Shown one piece after another: positions 1 to 9,121 of a stretch of 64,000 nucleotides of DNA. The translations under genes and the position numbers were made by a program. Below the pieces are notes generated by a model. The model saw nothing but the letters and a program-made list of their open reading frames with translations. It was not told the origin of the DNA and made no database searches. How positions within the stretch are numbered: the first letter of the stretch is position 1; the number at the start of each line of letters is the position of its first letter. Source of the stretch: Candidatus Azoamicus viridis (GTDB lineage: Bacteria; Pseudomonadota; Gammaproteobacteria; UBA6186; Azoamicaceae); assembly GCA_043390165.1 (NCBI GenBank), contig DAWERM010000001.1, forward strand, positions 50,777 through 114,776, in the 5' to 3' direction.

Positions 1-281
1 CTATTGGACCTATATGGTTTGAGGATGAATTTGGTAAGTTAATTTCTTATATAATGTTAGGCGGAATATTAGAAGTTCAACCTACTGTTTCTACAATACT
101 TGGTGATTCTGTTATTAGAGCAGAAAATTTAGATGAAGCTGCAGCTATTGAAGCAAAGAATAATAGCGAAAGAGTTTTTTCTCAGAAAAAAGATAATATA
201 GATTATGCTAAGGTTAAGAGTGAGCTAGCTATTGCTGCTGCACAATTGAGATTGATAAGGAAGCTGAGAGGTAGAAAATAG
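1..281 (+). CDS. atpC: F0F1 ATP synthase epsilon subunit (5' end outside window)
   Basis: Frame is open from position 3. GGILEVQP..TILGDSVIRAENLDEAAA..A and C-terminal ELAIAAAQLR match gammaproteobacterial AtpC. Confidence 0.93.
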   Translation, partial: IGPIWFEDEFGKLISYIMLGGILEVQPTVSTILGDSVIRAENLDEAAAIEAKNNSERVFSQKKDNIDYAKVKSELAIAAAQLRLIRKLRGRK

Positions 282-390
282 TTTTGTTTGAGGATTTATT
301 ATTTTTTTTTTTACATGGATGTACATTTTTATATTTATTTTATAGTGATGTTGTTTTTTTTAAAATTTTGTTTATTTTTGAAAGATTTTT

Positions 391-1749
391 ATGCTTGAAG
401 CTTTGACATTAAAATTAAGTAAGATATTGTTAAATATATCTGGTAAATATAAATTAAGTGATTCGAATCTTAAAGATGTTTTAAAAGATGTTAGGAAATC
501 GCTGATTGAAGCTGATGTATCTTGGGAAGTTGTTAAGTTTTTTATAAATAATGTAAAAGATAAAGCAATTGGAATGGAAGTCATTAACAAGATTTCTCCA
601 AGTAATATTTTTATTAAGATAGTTTATGATGAATTAATAAATCTTCTTATTAAAAAAGATCCTGTGGAATTTATTAGTAATAGTTATTCTGTAGTTAAAC
701 CTGCTGTAATTTTGTTAATTGGATTACAGGGAGTTGGTAAAACAACAACAGTTGTAAAGTTAGCTAGATGGATTAAACTTTCTATGAAAAAGTCAGTATC
801 TGTTGTTAGTTGTGATATTTACAGACCAGCTGCCATTGAGCAGCTTAGATTTTTGTCTAATCAAAATGATATTGATTGTTATAGTGAATCTGGATCTGAT
901 AATTTATTGAGTATTATAAGTGGTGCAGTTAATTATTTTAAGTATAAAGATTTTTTATTAGTTGATACTGCTGGTAGGTTACATATTGACGATTTTATGA
1001 TGAATGAAATTAATAATATAAGTAATGTTGTTTGTCCTACAGAAATATTGTTGGTTGTAGATAGTATGTCTGGACAGGATGCTTTAAAAAGTGCTAGAAT
1101 GTTTAATGAGGTTGTTCCAATATCAGGTTTTATAGTAACAAAAATGGATAGTGATACTAGGGGTGGTGTGATTTTATCATTAAGCCATATTATGAAAAAA
1201 CCTATAATATTTTTAGGAGTTGGAGAGAAAGTTGATGCATTTGAATATTTTTATCCTGAGAGACTTGTATCACGAATTTTAGGTATGGGGGATTTGACTG
1301 GGTTATTAGAAGATGTTACTAAGAATTTAGATGAAAATAAAATTAAAGAATTTAATAAAAGAGTGGGTGAAAAAAGTGATTTAGATTTGAATGATTTTAG
1401 AGATCAGCTTTTACAGATGTTAAAGTTAGGTGGTTTGAAGGTTTTAGTAGATAAAATACCAGGTATGGCTGCTGTTTCGACTACTATAAAAGATAAAATT
1501 AGTGATAAAGATTTCTTGAAGATGATTTCTATAATGAGTTCTATGACTATTAAAGAACGGAGGTTTCCTTTGTTGATAAATGGTTCGAGAAAGAGGCGTA
1601 TTGCAAATGGTTCAGGAACTGATGTACAGTCAATTAATCGTTTGTTAAAGCAGTTTTTTATTATGCAAAAAATGTGGAGAAAACATTCAAATAAATCAAG
1701 TGTGATTGATTTGTTAAAAAATAAGTTATCATTTTTTAATAATGTCTAG
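391..1749 (+). CDS. ffh: Signal recognition particle protein Ffh
   Basis: LIEADV, GLQGVGKTT, DIYRPAA, DTAGR, TKMDSDTRGG and an M domain with SRKRRIANGSG. Confidence 0.97.
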   Translation: MLEALTLKLSKILLNISGKYKLSDSNLKDVLKDVRKSLIEADVSWEVVKFFINNVKDKAIGMEVINKISPSNIFIKIVYDELINLLIKKDPVEFISNSYSVVKPAVILLIGLQGVGKTTTVVKLARWIKLSMKKSVSVVSCDIYRPAAIEQLRFLSNQNDIDCYSESGSDNLLSIISGAVNYFKYKDFLLVDTAGRLHIDDFMMNEINNISNVVCPTEILLVVDSMSGQDALKSARMFNEVVPISGFIVTKMDSDTRGGVILSLSHIMKKPIIFLGVGEKVDAFEYFYPERLVSRILGMGDLTGLLEDVTKNLDENKIKEFNKRVGEKSDLDLNDFRDQLLQMLKLGGLKVLVDKIPGMAAVSTTIKDKISDKDFLKMISIMSSMTIKERRFPLLINGSRKRRIANGSGTDVQSINRLLKQFFIMQKMWRKHSNKSSVIDLLKNKLSFFNNV

Positions 1750-1828
1750 TATTTTTTTAGTTGAGAAATATGATATTATTTTTTTATAATTTTTGGTGTA
1801 AAATGTTTATTTTAGTTTTGAGTATGTT

Positions 1829-3073
1829 ATGAAATTTAATTGCCATTTAGTGAAATTTTTTGTTTCTATTTTAATAATGGGAGAAATAGTGTTTAATTGT
1901 TTTAAATCATTTTTGAGGAATATATTGATAATATCAATTTTTTCTTTTTCAATAAGCTTATTTGCTTATGATGAAGATAAAGAGTTTTTCTTTATTCCTA
2001 AAGGATATGTTCAATTTGATCACATTTTTTGGAAGGGTGATAAAAGTGATGATTTTTTATCAGGTGCTTTATTAAAAAGTACTGATTTATTTGTTAAAGG
2101 GCATTTAAGTAATAGTTCCCTGAATTATTTTGTGCATTTTAATTTTTTGAATACATCTTTAAAAAGTAATTTATCGCAGGCTTATGTGCAATATTCTACA
2201 GATGTTTGGTCGTTTAAGATTGGGCAAATCATTATTCCATTTGGATTGGAAAAAATAACAGATCCGTGCAATAGAGTATTTATGGAGTGTTCTTTGTTAA
2301 AAGGTGTTTTAGAAGATAAGTATTTTGGATTAAATGGGGAATATCGTTCTGATTTTTACGTATTATCAGCATCAATAGTTGTCCCTGATTTGGGAGATAG
2401 TTTTTCTAGAGCACAAGATAATAAGTATTCATTTTTGTTTAGGGGATATATAAATCCCATAAGAAACATAAATGCTATTTTACATTTAGGCTTTAATTAT
2501 AGGTTGATAAAGAAACATATTGAAGAGATTAGTCCGCCATCTGTTGTTTCTTTTAGAGATGCTCCTTCTTTTAATTCTGTTAATTCTTTGTTAAATTCAC
2601 ATTCATCTGTTTTGCCTAGACATTATACGTTAGGAGTAGAGCTTGCTGGTGTTTTAGGCCCGTTATTTTTACAATCTGAATATGTTAGAATTAAAGCTTC
2701 TTGGAGAGATTATGAAAAGGAAACTTATTATAGTTGGTATATGCAGGTTTCTTGTATTTTGACTGGTGAACATCATTTGTATGATAGAGTGTCTGGATCT
2801 TTTTTAGATCCAAATCCACAATCTTCGTTTGGAGCATTTGAAATTTCTGTTAGATATAGCTATGTTAATTTATTAAATGAGTGTTCTTTATTAAGAGGGG
2901 TTAGCAATTATGATGGAGAAAAAGATGCTTTTGTATTTGGCATAAATTGGATATTTAATAAAAGTTTAAAAATGCAGATAAATTATGCTTATGAAGATTT
3001 TAAGTACAGAGTATCTGAGTCTGATAATAGGAAGGTTTCTGGTATTGGCTTGAGAATCCAATTTTTATTTTAA
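1829..3073 (+). CDS. OprO/OprP-family (phosphate/anion-selective) outer-membrane porin
   Basis: Signal peptide ending SLFA, KIGQ..PFGLE motif, GAFEISVRYS..NL, FGINW..NKSLKMQINY and a C-terminal Phe beta-signal. True start is probably downstream (~1877-1889). Confidence 0.75.
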   Translation: MKFNCHLVKFFVSILIMGEIVFNCFKSFLRNILIISIFSFSISLFAYDEDKEFFFIPKGYVQFDHIFWKGDKSDDFLSGALLKSTDLFVKGHLSNSSLNYFVHFNFLNTSLKSNLSQAYVQYSTDVWSFKIGQIIIPFGLEKITDPCNRVFMECSLLKGVLEDKYFGLNGEYRSDFYVLSASIVVPDLGDSFSRAQDNKYSFLFRGYINPIRNINAILHLGFNYRLIKKHIEEISPPSVVSFRDAPSFNSVNSLLNSHSSVLPRHYTLGVELAGVLGPLFLQSEYVRIKASWRDYEKETYYSWYMQVSCILTGEHHLYDRVSGSFLDPNPQSSFGAFEISVRYSYVNLLNECSLLRGVSNYDGEKDAFVFGINWIFNKSLKMQINYAYEDFKYRVSESDNRKVSGIGLRIQFLF

Positions 3074-3156
3074 TTTATTATAACACTAAATTAATTTATT
3101 ATTTTATGGTTGATATGTTTTTAGTTTTTCGTTTATTTATAATCTAAGGTATATTT

Positions 3157-3786
3157 GTGATTTTTTTTGTGAAAGTTAATAAAATAGTTTATTATCATGT
3201 TTTAATTTTTGTATTTTTATTAGTAAGTTCTTTGTATTGTATAGCAGAGCCTGATATTGTTAATAGGTGCGTTACTTGTCATACTATTACAGGTAACAGC
3301 TCGGTTGCTATGTGGCCTAAAATAGCAGAGCAACATTCTGATTATATGTTTAAACAGCTGATTGAATTTAAAAAGGGGAAAAATGGAGATAGGTTCGATC
3401 CAACAATGTTCGGTATGTTACAGGGTATAAACGAAGCTGATTTGTACGTTTTATCAGAGTATTTTTCTAAACAGGTAGTTTCTAAAAGTATAATTAAAGT
3501 AAGTAAAGAAGAATATACGTATGGAAAAAATATTTATTTGTTTGGAGATAGAGATAATAAAGTTGTAGGATGTGTTGGTTGTCATGGCTTAGATGGTACT
3601 GGAAATAAATTAGCAAAATATCCTTCATTAAAGTGGCAGCATAAAGATTATATAGTTATTCAATTGAAAAAATTTAAATCAGGAGAAAGATCTAATGATT
3701 TGAATGGTATAATGAGGGATGTAACAGCAGATATGACAGATGAACAAATACAAGCAGTTGCATCTTATTTGTCTGTAGTTGAGTAA
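3157..3786 (+). CDS. Diheme cytochrome c4
   Basis: Signal peptide, two CxxCH motifs (CVTCH, CVGCH), WPKIAEQH..Y..KQL and YPSLKWQH..Y..QL repeats, distal Met ligands. Confidence 0.9.
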   Translation: MIFFVKVNKIVYYHVLIFVFLLVSSLYCIAEPDIVNRCVTCHTITGNSSVAMWPKIAEQHSDYMFKQLIEFKKGKNGDRFDPTMFGMLQGINEADLYVLSEYFSKQVVSKSIIKVSKEEYTYGKNIYLFGDRDNKVVGCVGCHGLDGTGNKLAKYPSLKWQHKDYIVIQLKKFKSGERSNDLNGIMRDVTADMTDEQIQAVASYLSVVE

Positions 3787-3963
3787 TTTTTATTTTAATA
3801 AGATGTGGTTAAGGTTTTTGTTTTTGGGTTTTTAACTTTTATATTTTTAATTTATAATATAGTATCTAGTGTTTGTTTTGATGTGGCTATTATATATTGA
3901 TTTTTATGTATTTTTAAAGTAAGCTTACTGGAAATTTTATTTGAAGGAATAGGAGAAAAATGT

Positions 3964-5277
3964 ATGAGTTATAATCTTAGTGATTGGCATCCAGAAGATA
4001 ATGAATATTGGAGTAAGAAAGCAAAATTTATAGCTAATAGAAATTTGTTTTCTTCTATACCATGTTTATTATTGGCTTTTTCTGTTTGGTTTATTTGGTC
4101 TGCTGTTGTTGTTAAATTGAATAGTATAGGATTTAATTTTACAACCGAACAATTATTTAGGTTGACAGCTATGCCTGGAATAACTGGTGCTACGTTGAGG
4201 ATTTTTTATTCTTTTTGTGTACCCATATTTGGTGGTAGAAATTGGACAGTTTTTAGCACAGCTACTTTATTGATTCCAGCTATAGGAATTGGAATTGCTG
4301 TTCAAGATACTAATACTAGTTATAATACTATGATTGTTTTAGCTATTTTATGTGGATTTGGTGGTGGTAATTTTTCTTCATCGATGTCTAATATAAGCTT
4401 CTTTTTTCCAAAAAGGTTTCAGGGAACTGCTTTGGGGCTTAATGCTGGGTTGGGTAATTTAGGTGTTAGCACTTTACAGTTTGTAGTTCCTGTTGTTATC
4501 TATTTTGGTTTTTTTGAGTTTATTACAGGCTGTCCTCAGGAGTTTATTGTAAATGGTAAAATAGAAAGAATTTGGTTGCAGAATGCTGCGTATTTTTGGG
4601 TTATTCCTGTAGTGTTAGCTACTATATCTGCTTTTATATTTATGGATAATTTGCCAACAGCTAAAGCATCATTAAAAGAACAGATGGTAATATTTAAAAG
4701 AAAACATATGTATATAGTAACGTGGTTGTATGTTATGTCTTTTGGATCTTTTATAGGTTACTCTGCTGCATTTCCATTATTAATTAAGACTCAGTTTCCA
4801 GATGTGAATCCTTTGCGTTATGCGTTTTTAGGTCCCATGGTTGGGGCATTAATAAGACCTGTCGGAGGGTGGATTTCAGATAAAGTAAAGAGTGGTGCAT
4901 TGATTACATTTGTAGATCTTTTTGTAATGATATTTGCTGTATTGGGAGTAATATATTTTATATCACCTGGTTCCAAAAGTTTTTATGGATTTTTTTTAAT
5001 GTTTATTTTGTTATTTACAACTACTGGAGTTGCTAATGGATCTGTTTTCCAGATGATTCCTATGATTTTTCCTCCGAAAGAGTCTGCTGTTGTATTAGGT
5101 TTTTCAGCAGCTATAGCAGCATATGGTGCATTTTTAATACCTCAATCTTTTGGCACATCTATAAAATTGACAGGTGGTCCTGAGTTTGCGTTGTATTGCT
5201 TTGAAATTTATTATGTTACTTGTTTGATTATAACTTGGTGGTATTATTTAAGAGCAAATGCTGAGGTTAAGTGCTGA
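3964..5277 (+). CDS. narK: Nitrate/nitrite transporter, NarK2 (NarK/NarU) type
   Basis: MFS protein with DWHPED..W, ANRNL, GATLRIFYSF..PIFGGR, GFGGGNFSSSM and GLNAGLGNLG. Directly upstream of narG. Confidence 0.93.
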   Translation: MSYNLSDWHPEDNEYWSKKAKFIANRNLFSSIPCLLLAFSVWFIWSAVVVKLNSIGFNFTTEQLFRLTAMPGITGATLRIFYSFCVPIFGGRNWTVFSTATLLIPAIGIGIAVQDTNTSYNTMIVLAILCGFGGGNFSSSMSNISFFFPKRFQGTALGLNAGLGNLGVSTLQFVVPVVIYFGFFEFITGCPQEFIVNGKIERIWLQNAAYFWVIPVVLATISAFIFMDNLPTAKASLKEQMVIFKRKHMYIVTWLYVMSFGSFIGYSAAFPLLIKTQFPDVNPLRYAFLGPMVGALIRPVGGWISDKVKSGALITFVDLFVMIFAVLGVIYFISPGSKSFYGFFLMFILLFTTTGVANGSVFQMIPMIFPPKESAVVLGFSAAIAAYGAFLIPQSFGTSIKLTGGPEFALYCFEIYYVTCLIITWWYYLRANAEVKC

Positions 5278-5341
5278 GGTATAGGTCTCAATTTGTTTTT
5301 AAAGTTTTTTATTGTTTTTAGAATTTATTAAGGAAGAAAAT

Positions 5342-8300
5342 ATGAGTCATGTTTTTTCACGACTTGGTTTTTTAAAAAAAGTTGTAAATACTTTTTCTAA
5401 TAATCATGGTATAACTACTGTAGAAGATAGAGATTGGGAAGAAGCTTATAGAAAAAGATGGCAACATGATAAAATAGTAAGATCTACTCATGGTGTTAAT
5501 TGTACAGGTTCTTGTAGTTGGAAAATTTATGTTAAAAATGGAATTATAACTTGGGAAACTCAACAGACTGATTATCCAAGGACTAGAAGTGGGATGCCTA
5601 ATCATGAGCCTAGAGGTTGTCAAAGGGGAGCAAGTTATTCTTGGTATATATATAGTTCAGCTAGGTTAAAATATCCATTAGTTAGACGGTGTTTATTAGA
5701 GTTATGGAGGGAATCAAAATCTAAATATGTTAATCCGGTAGATGCATGGGAAGATATACAATTAGACAATGAAAAAACTTTATTATATAAAACGAATAGA
5801 GGCATGGGTGGTTTTGTAAGATCTACTTGGGATGAAGTTAATGAAATTATTGCTTCTGCTAATATATATACCATAAAAAAATACGGACCAGATAGAGTTA
5901 TAGGGTTTTCTCCTATTCCAGCTATGTCAATGGTGTCATATGCAGCTGGAAGTAGATATATATCTTTAATAGGTGGAGCTTGTTTAAGCTTTTATGATTG
6001 GTATTGCGATTTACCTCCAAGTTCTCCGCAAACCTGGGGAGAGCAGACGGATGTTCCTGAAAGTGCTGATTGGTATAATTCTTATTTCATAATATTATGG
6101 GGATCAAATGTACCTCAAACCAGAACACCAGATGCACACTTTTTTACTGAAGTTCAGTATAAAGGTGCAAAAACAGTTTGTATTACTTCTGATTATAGTG
6201 AAGCTTCTAAATTGTGTGATTTGTGGTTAGCTCCGAAACCTGGTACAGATTCTGCGTTGTCTATGGCAATGGGACATGTTATATTAAAAGAATTTTATTT
6301 AACTGATACTAGTAAAAGTAAGTATTTTTATGATTATGCATGTCAATATACTGATATGACATTATTGGTTGTTATAGATAAAAGTGATGATATGTATCTT
6401 CCAGGTAGATTTTTAAGAAATTCTGATTTGGTTAAATCCCCTGATTTAAAAGATAATTCTGATTGGAAAACTGTTGTTTTTAATGAGAAAACAAACACTT
6501 TTGCTGTTCCAAATGGATCTATTGGATCTAGATGGGATAAGAGTGGTTTATGGAATTTGAAATTAAAAGATATTAAAGATGGAAGTGACATAGTACCTGT
6601 AATGTCATTTGTGAATATTAGTGATGCTATTTTGCAAATTGCATTTCCTTATTATGCAAGTTCCACTTATATTCATAGTTATTATAAGAGTACTATACAT
6701 GATAGTGTTTTATTGAGAAATGTACCTGTTAAGGAATTGAAATCTGGTAAGAAATCTATTTTTGTTGCTACGGTATTTGATTTATTGGTTGCTAATTATG
6801 GGATAAATAGAGGATTAGGTGGTTTAAATGTTGCTTCATCTTATGATGATAATATTCCTTATACTCCTCATTGGCAAGAAGAAATTACTGGTGTTAAGAA
6901 AGATGATGTTATAAGTGTTGCTAGACAGTTTGCAATAACAGCAGACAAGACTTCTGGAAAAAGTATGATTATTGTTGGAGCTGGTATGAATCATTGGTAT
7001 CATATGGATATGAATTATAGAGGTATAATTAACATGCTGATGATGTGTGGATGTGTAGGTCAGAGTGGTGGTGGATGGGCACATTATGTTGGACAGGAAA
7101 AATTAAGGCCTTTAGCTGGATGGTTACCGTTGGCTTTTTCTTTAGATTGGAAGAGACCTCCAAGATTGATGAATGGTACATCTTTTTTCTATAATCATAC
7201 ATCTCAATGGAAGTATGAAAAAGTAAAACTTAATGAGATTTTATCACCTGTTTCTGTTAATAAAAGTAAATGGAATGGCTATGGCATTATAGATTGTAAT
7301 GTTATGGCAGAACGTATGGGATGGTTACCTTCAGCACCACAATTAAGCGATAATCCTATTGCTATAGCGCAAGATGCAGAAAGAAATGGTAAAGATATAG
7401 TTGCTTATGTTGTTGATTTGTTAAAAAATAAAAAATTGACTATGGCTTGTGAAGATCCTGATAATTATAAGAATTTTCCTAGAAATATGTTTATTTGGAG
7501 ATCTAATTTGTTAGGTGCTAGTGGAAAAGGCCATGAATATTTTTTGAAGTATTTATTAGGCACACAGAATGCTGTTTCAGGTAAGGATATAGGTTGTTCT
7601 GGAGATGTTAAACCTAAAGAGGTTGTTTGGAGAGATAACGTAAGTGAAGGTAAATTGGATTTATTGGTTACATTAGATTTTAGAATATCAACTACGTGTT
7701 TATATTCTGATATAGTATTACCTACTGCTTCTTGGTACGAAAAAGATGATTTAAATACTTCTGATATGCATCCATTTATACATCCGTTATCAGCTGCAAT
7801 TGATCCTGTTTGGGAGACTAGAAGTGATTGGGAAATTTATAAGAGTATAGCCAAAAAATTTACTGATATTGTTGTAGATAATAATTGTTTTGAAGATATA
7901 GTTAAAGATGTGGTTTTGGTGCCGTTATTACATGATTCTCCTGGTGAATTAGGACAACCTATAGATGTTTTGGATTGGAAACGTGGAGAAGTTGATTTAA
8001 TTCCAGGTAAGACTATGCCTAATATTGTTGTGGTAGAAAGAAATTATAGGTCAATATATTTTCAATATACATCTTTTGGTCCTATATTAAGAAAATTAGG
8101 CAATTCTTGTAAAGGTATAACTTGGGATACAAATAAGGAAATAGATATTATAGGTAGAATAAATGGACTAGTTGATAGTATTTTTAGTTCAGATAAGCTG
8201 CCGAAGTTGGATACAGCTATCAATGCTGCTGAGCTTATATTAACTCTTGCTCCTGAGACTAATGGAGATGTTGCCTTGAAAGCTTGGGAATCTTTAAGTA

Positions 8301-9121
8301 AATCTACAGGTTTAAGTCATAAGCATTTAGTTGAGGAAAGATCTGCTGAAAAGATTAGATTTAGAGATATCCAAGCTCAGCCGCGTAAGATATTGACTTC
8401 TCCAATTTGGAGTGGAATAGAATCTGAGACTGTTTCTTATAATTCTGGGTATACTAATGTTCATGAGTATATTCCGTGGAGAACTATATCTGGAAGACAG
8501 CAATATTATCAAGATCATACTTGGATGAGAGATTTTGGTGAAGCTTTGTGTGTTTATAGGCCTCCTATTGATACTAAGACTACGGATTTATTATTAACTA
8601 GTGATATTTACGATAATGGTAATAAAAAAATTGCGTTAAATTTTATTACTCCACATCAAAAATGGGGTATTCATAGTACATATTCTGATAATTTATTGAT
8701 GTTGACTTTAAATAGAGGTGGTCCTGTAATTTGGATTAGTGAGATTGATGCTAAGAAAATAAGTGTTATCGATAATGATTGGATAGAAGCATATAATATT
8801 AATGGTTCTATAACGGCTAGAGCTGTTGTAAGCCAAAGAGTGCCAGAAGGTATGAGTTTAATGTATCATGCTCAAGAAAGAATTGTTAATGTTCCATTAT
8901 CTGAAGTAACTGGTCGTAGAGGAGGATTGCATAATTCTGTTACTAGGGTTACTCTTAAGCCTACACATATGATAGGTGGATATGCTCAGCAAGCATGGGG
9001 ATTTAATTATTATGGTACAGTTGGATCAAATCGAGATGAATTTATAGTTGTACGTAAAATAGCAAATGTTATTTGGGGATGCGAGGATAACAATGTTGCT
9101 AATAATGATGGAGGCAAATAA
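5342..9121 (+). CDS. narG: Respiratory nitrate reductase alpha subunit
   Basis: STHGVNCTGSCSW FS0 motif, HEPRGCQRG, FYDWYCDLP, TPHQKWGIHSTY. ATG at 5342 follows AAGGAAG, rather than the TTG at 5312. Confidence 0.98.
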   Translation: MSHVFSRLGFLKKVVNTFSNNHGITTVEDRDWEEAYRKRWQHDKIVRSTHGVNCTGSCSWKIYVKNGIITWETQQTDYPRTRSGMPNHEPRGCQRGASYSWYIYSSARLKYPLVRRCLLELWRESKSKYVNPVDAWEDIQLDNEKTLLYKTNRGMGGFVRSTWDEVNEIIASANIYTIKKYGPDRVIGFSPIPAMSMVSYAAGSRYISLIGGACLSFYDWYCDLPPSSPQTWGEQTDVPESADWYNSYFIILWGSNVPQTRTPDAHFFTEVQYKGAKTVCITSDYSEASKLCDLWLAPKPGTDSALSMAMGHVILKEFYLTDTSKSKYFYDYACQYTDMTLLVVIDKSDDMYLPGRFLRNSDLVKSPDLKDNSDWKTVVFNEKTNTFAVPNGSIGSRWDKSGLWNLKLKDIKDGSDIVPVMSFVNISDAILQIAFPYYASSTYIHSYYKSTIHDSVLLRNVPVKELKSGKKSIFVATVFDLLVANYGINRGLGGLNVASSYDDNIPYTPHWQEEITGVKKDDVISVARQFAITADKTSGKSMIIVGAGMNHWYHMDMNYRGIINMLMMCGCVGQSGGGWAHYVGQEKLRPLAGWLPLAFSLDWKRPPRLMNGTSFFYNHTSQWKYEKVKLNEILSPVSVNKSKWNGYGIIDCNVMAERMGWLPSAPQLSDNPIAIAQDAERNGKDIVAYVVDLLKNKKLTMACEDPDNYKNFPRNMFIWRSNLLGASGKGHEYFLKYLLGTQNAVSGKDIGCSGDVKPKEVVWRDNVSEGKLDLLVTLDFRISTTCLYSDIVLPTASWYEKDDLNTSDMHPFIHPLSAAIDPVWETRSDWEIYKSIAKKFTDIVVDNNCFEDIVKDVVLVPLLHDSPGELGQPIDVLDWKRGEVDLIPGKTMPNIVVVERNYRSIYFQYTSFGPILRKLGNSCKGITWDTNKEIDIIGRINGLVDSIFSSDKLPKLDTAINAAELILTLAPETNGDVALKAWESLSKSTGLSHKHLVEERSAEKIRFRDIQAQPRKILTSPIWSGIESETVSYNSGYTNVHEYIPWRTISGRQQYYQDHTWMRDFGEALCVYRPPIDTKTTDLLLTSDIYDNGNKKIALNFITPHQKWGIHSTYSDNLLMLTLNRGGPVIWISEIDAKKISVIDNDWIEAYNINGSITARAVVSQRVPEGMSLMYHAQERIVNVPLSEVTGRRGGLHNSVTRVTLKPTHMIGGYAQQAWGFNYYGTVGSNRDEFIVVRKIANVIWGCEDNNVANNDGGK

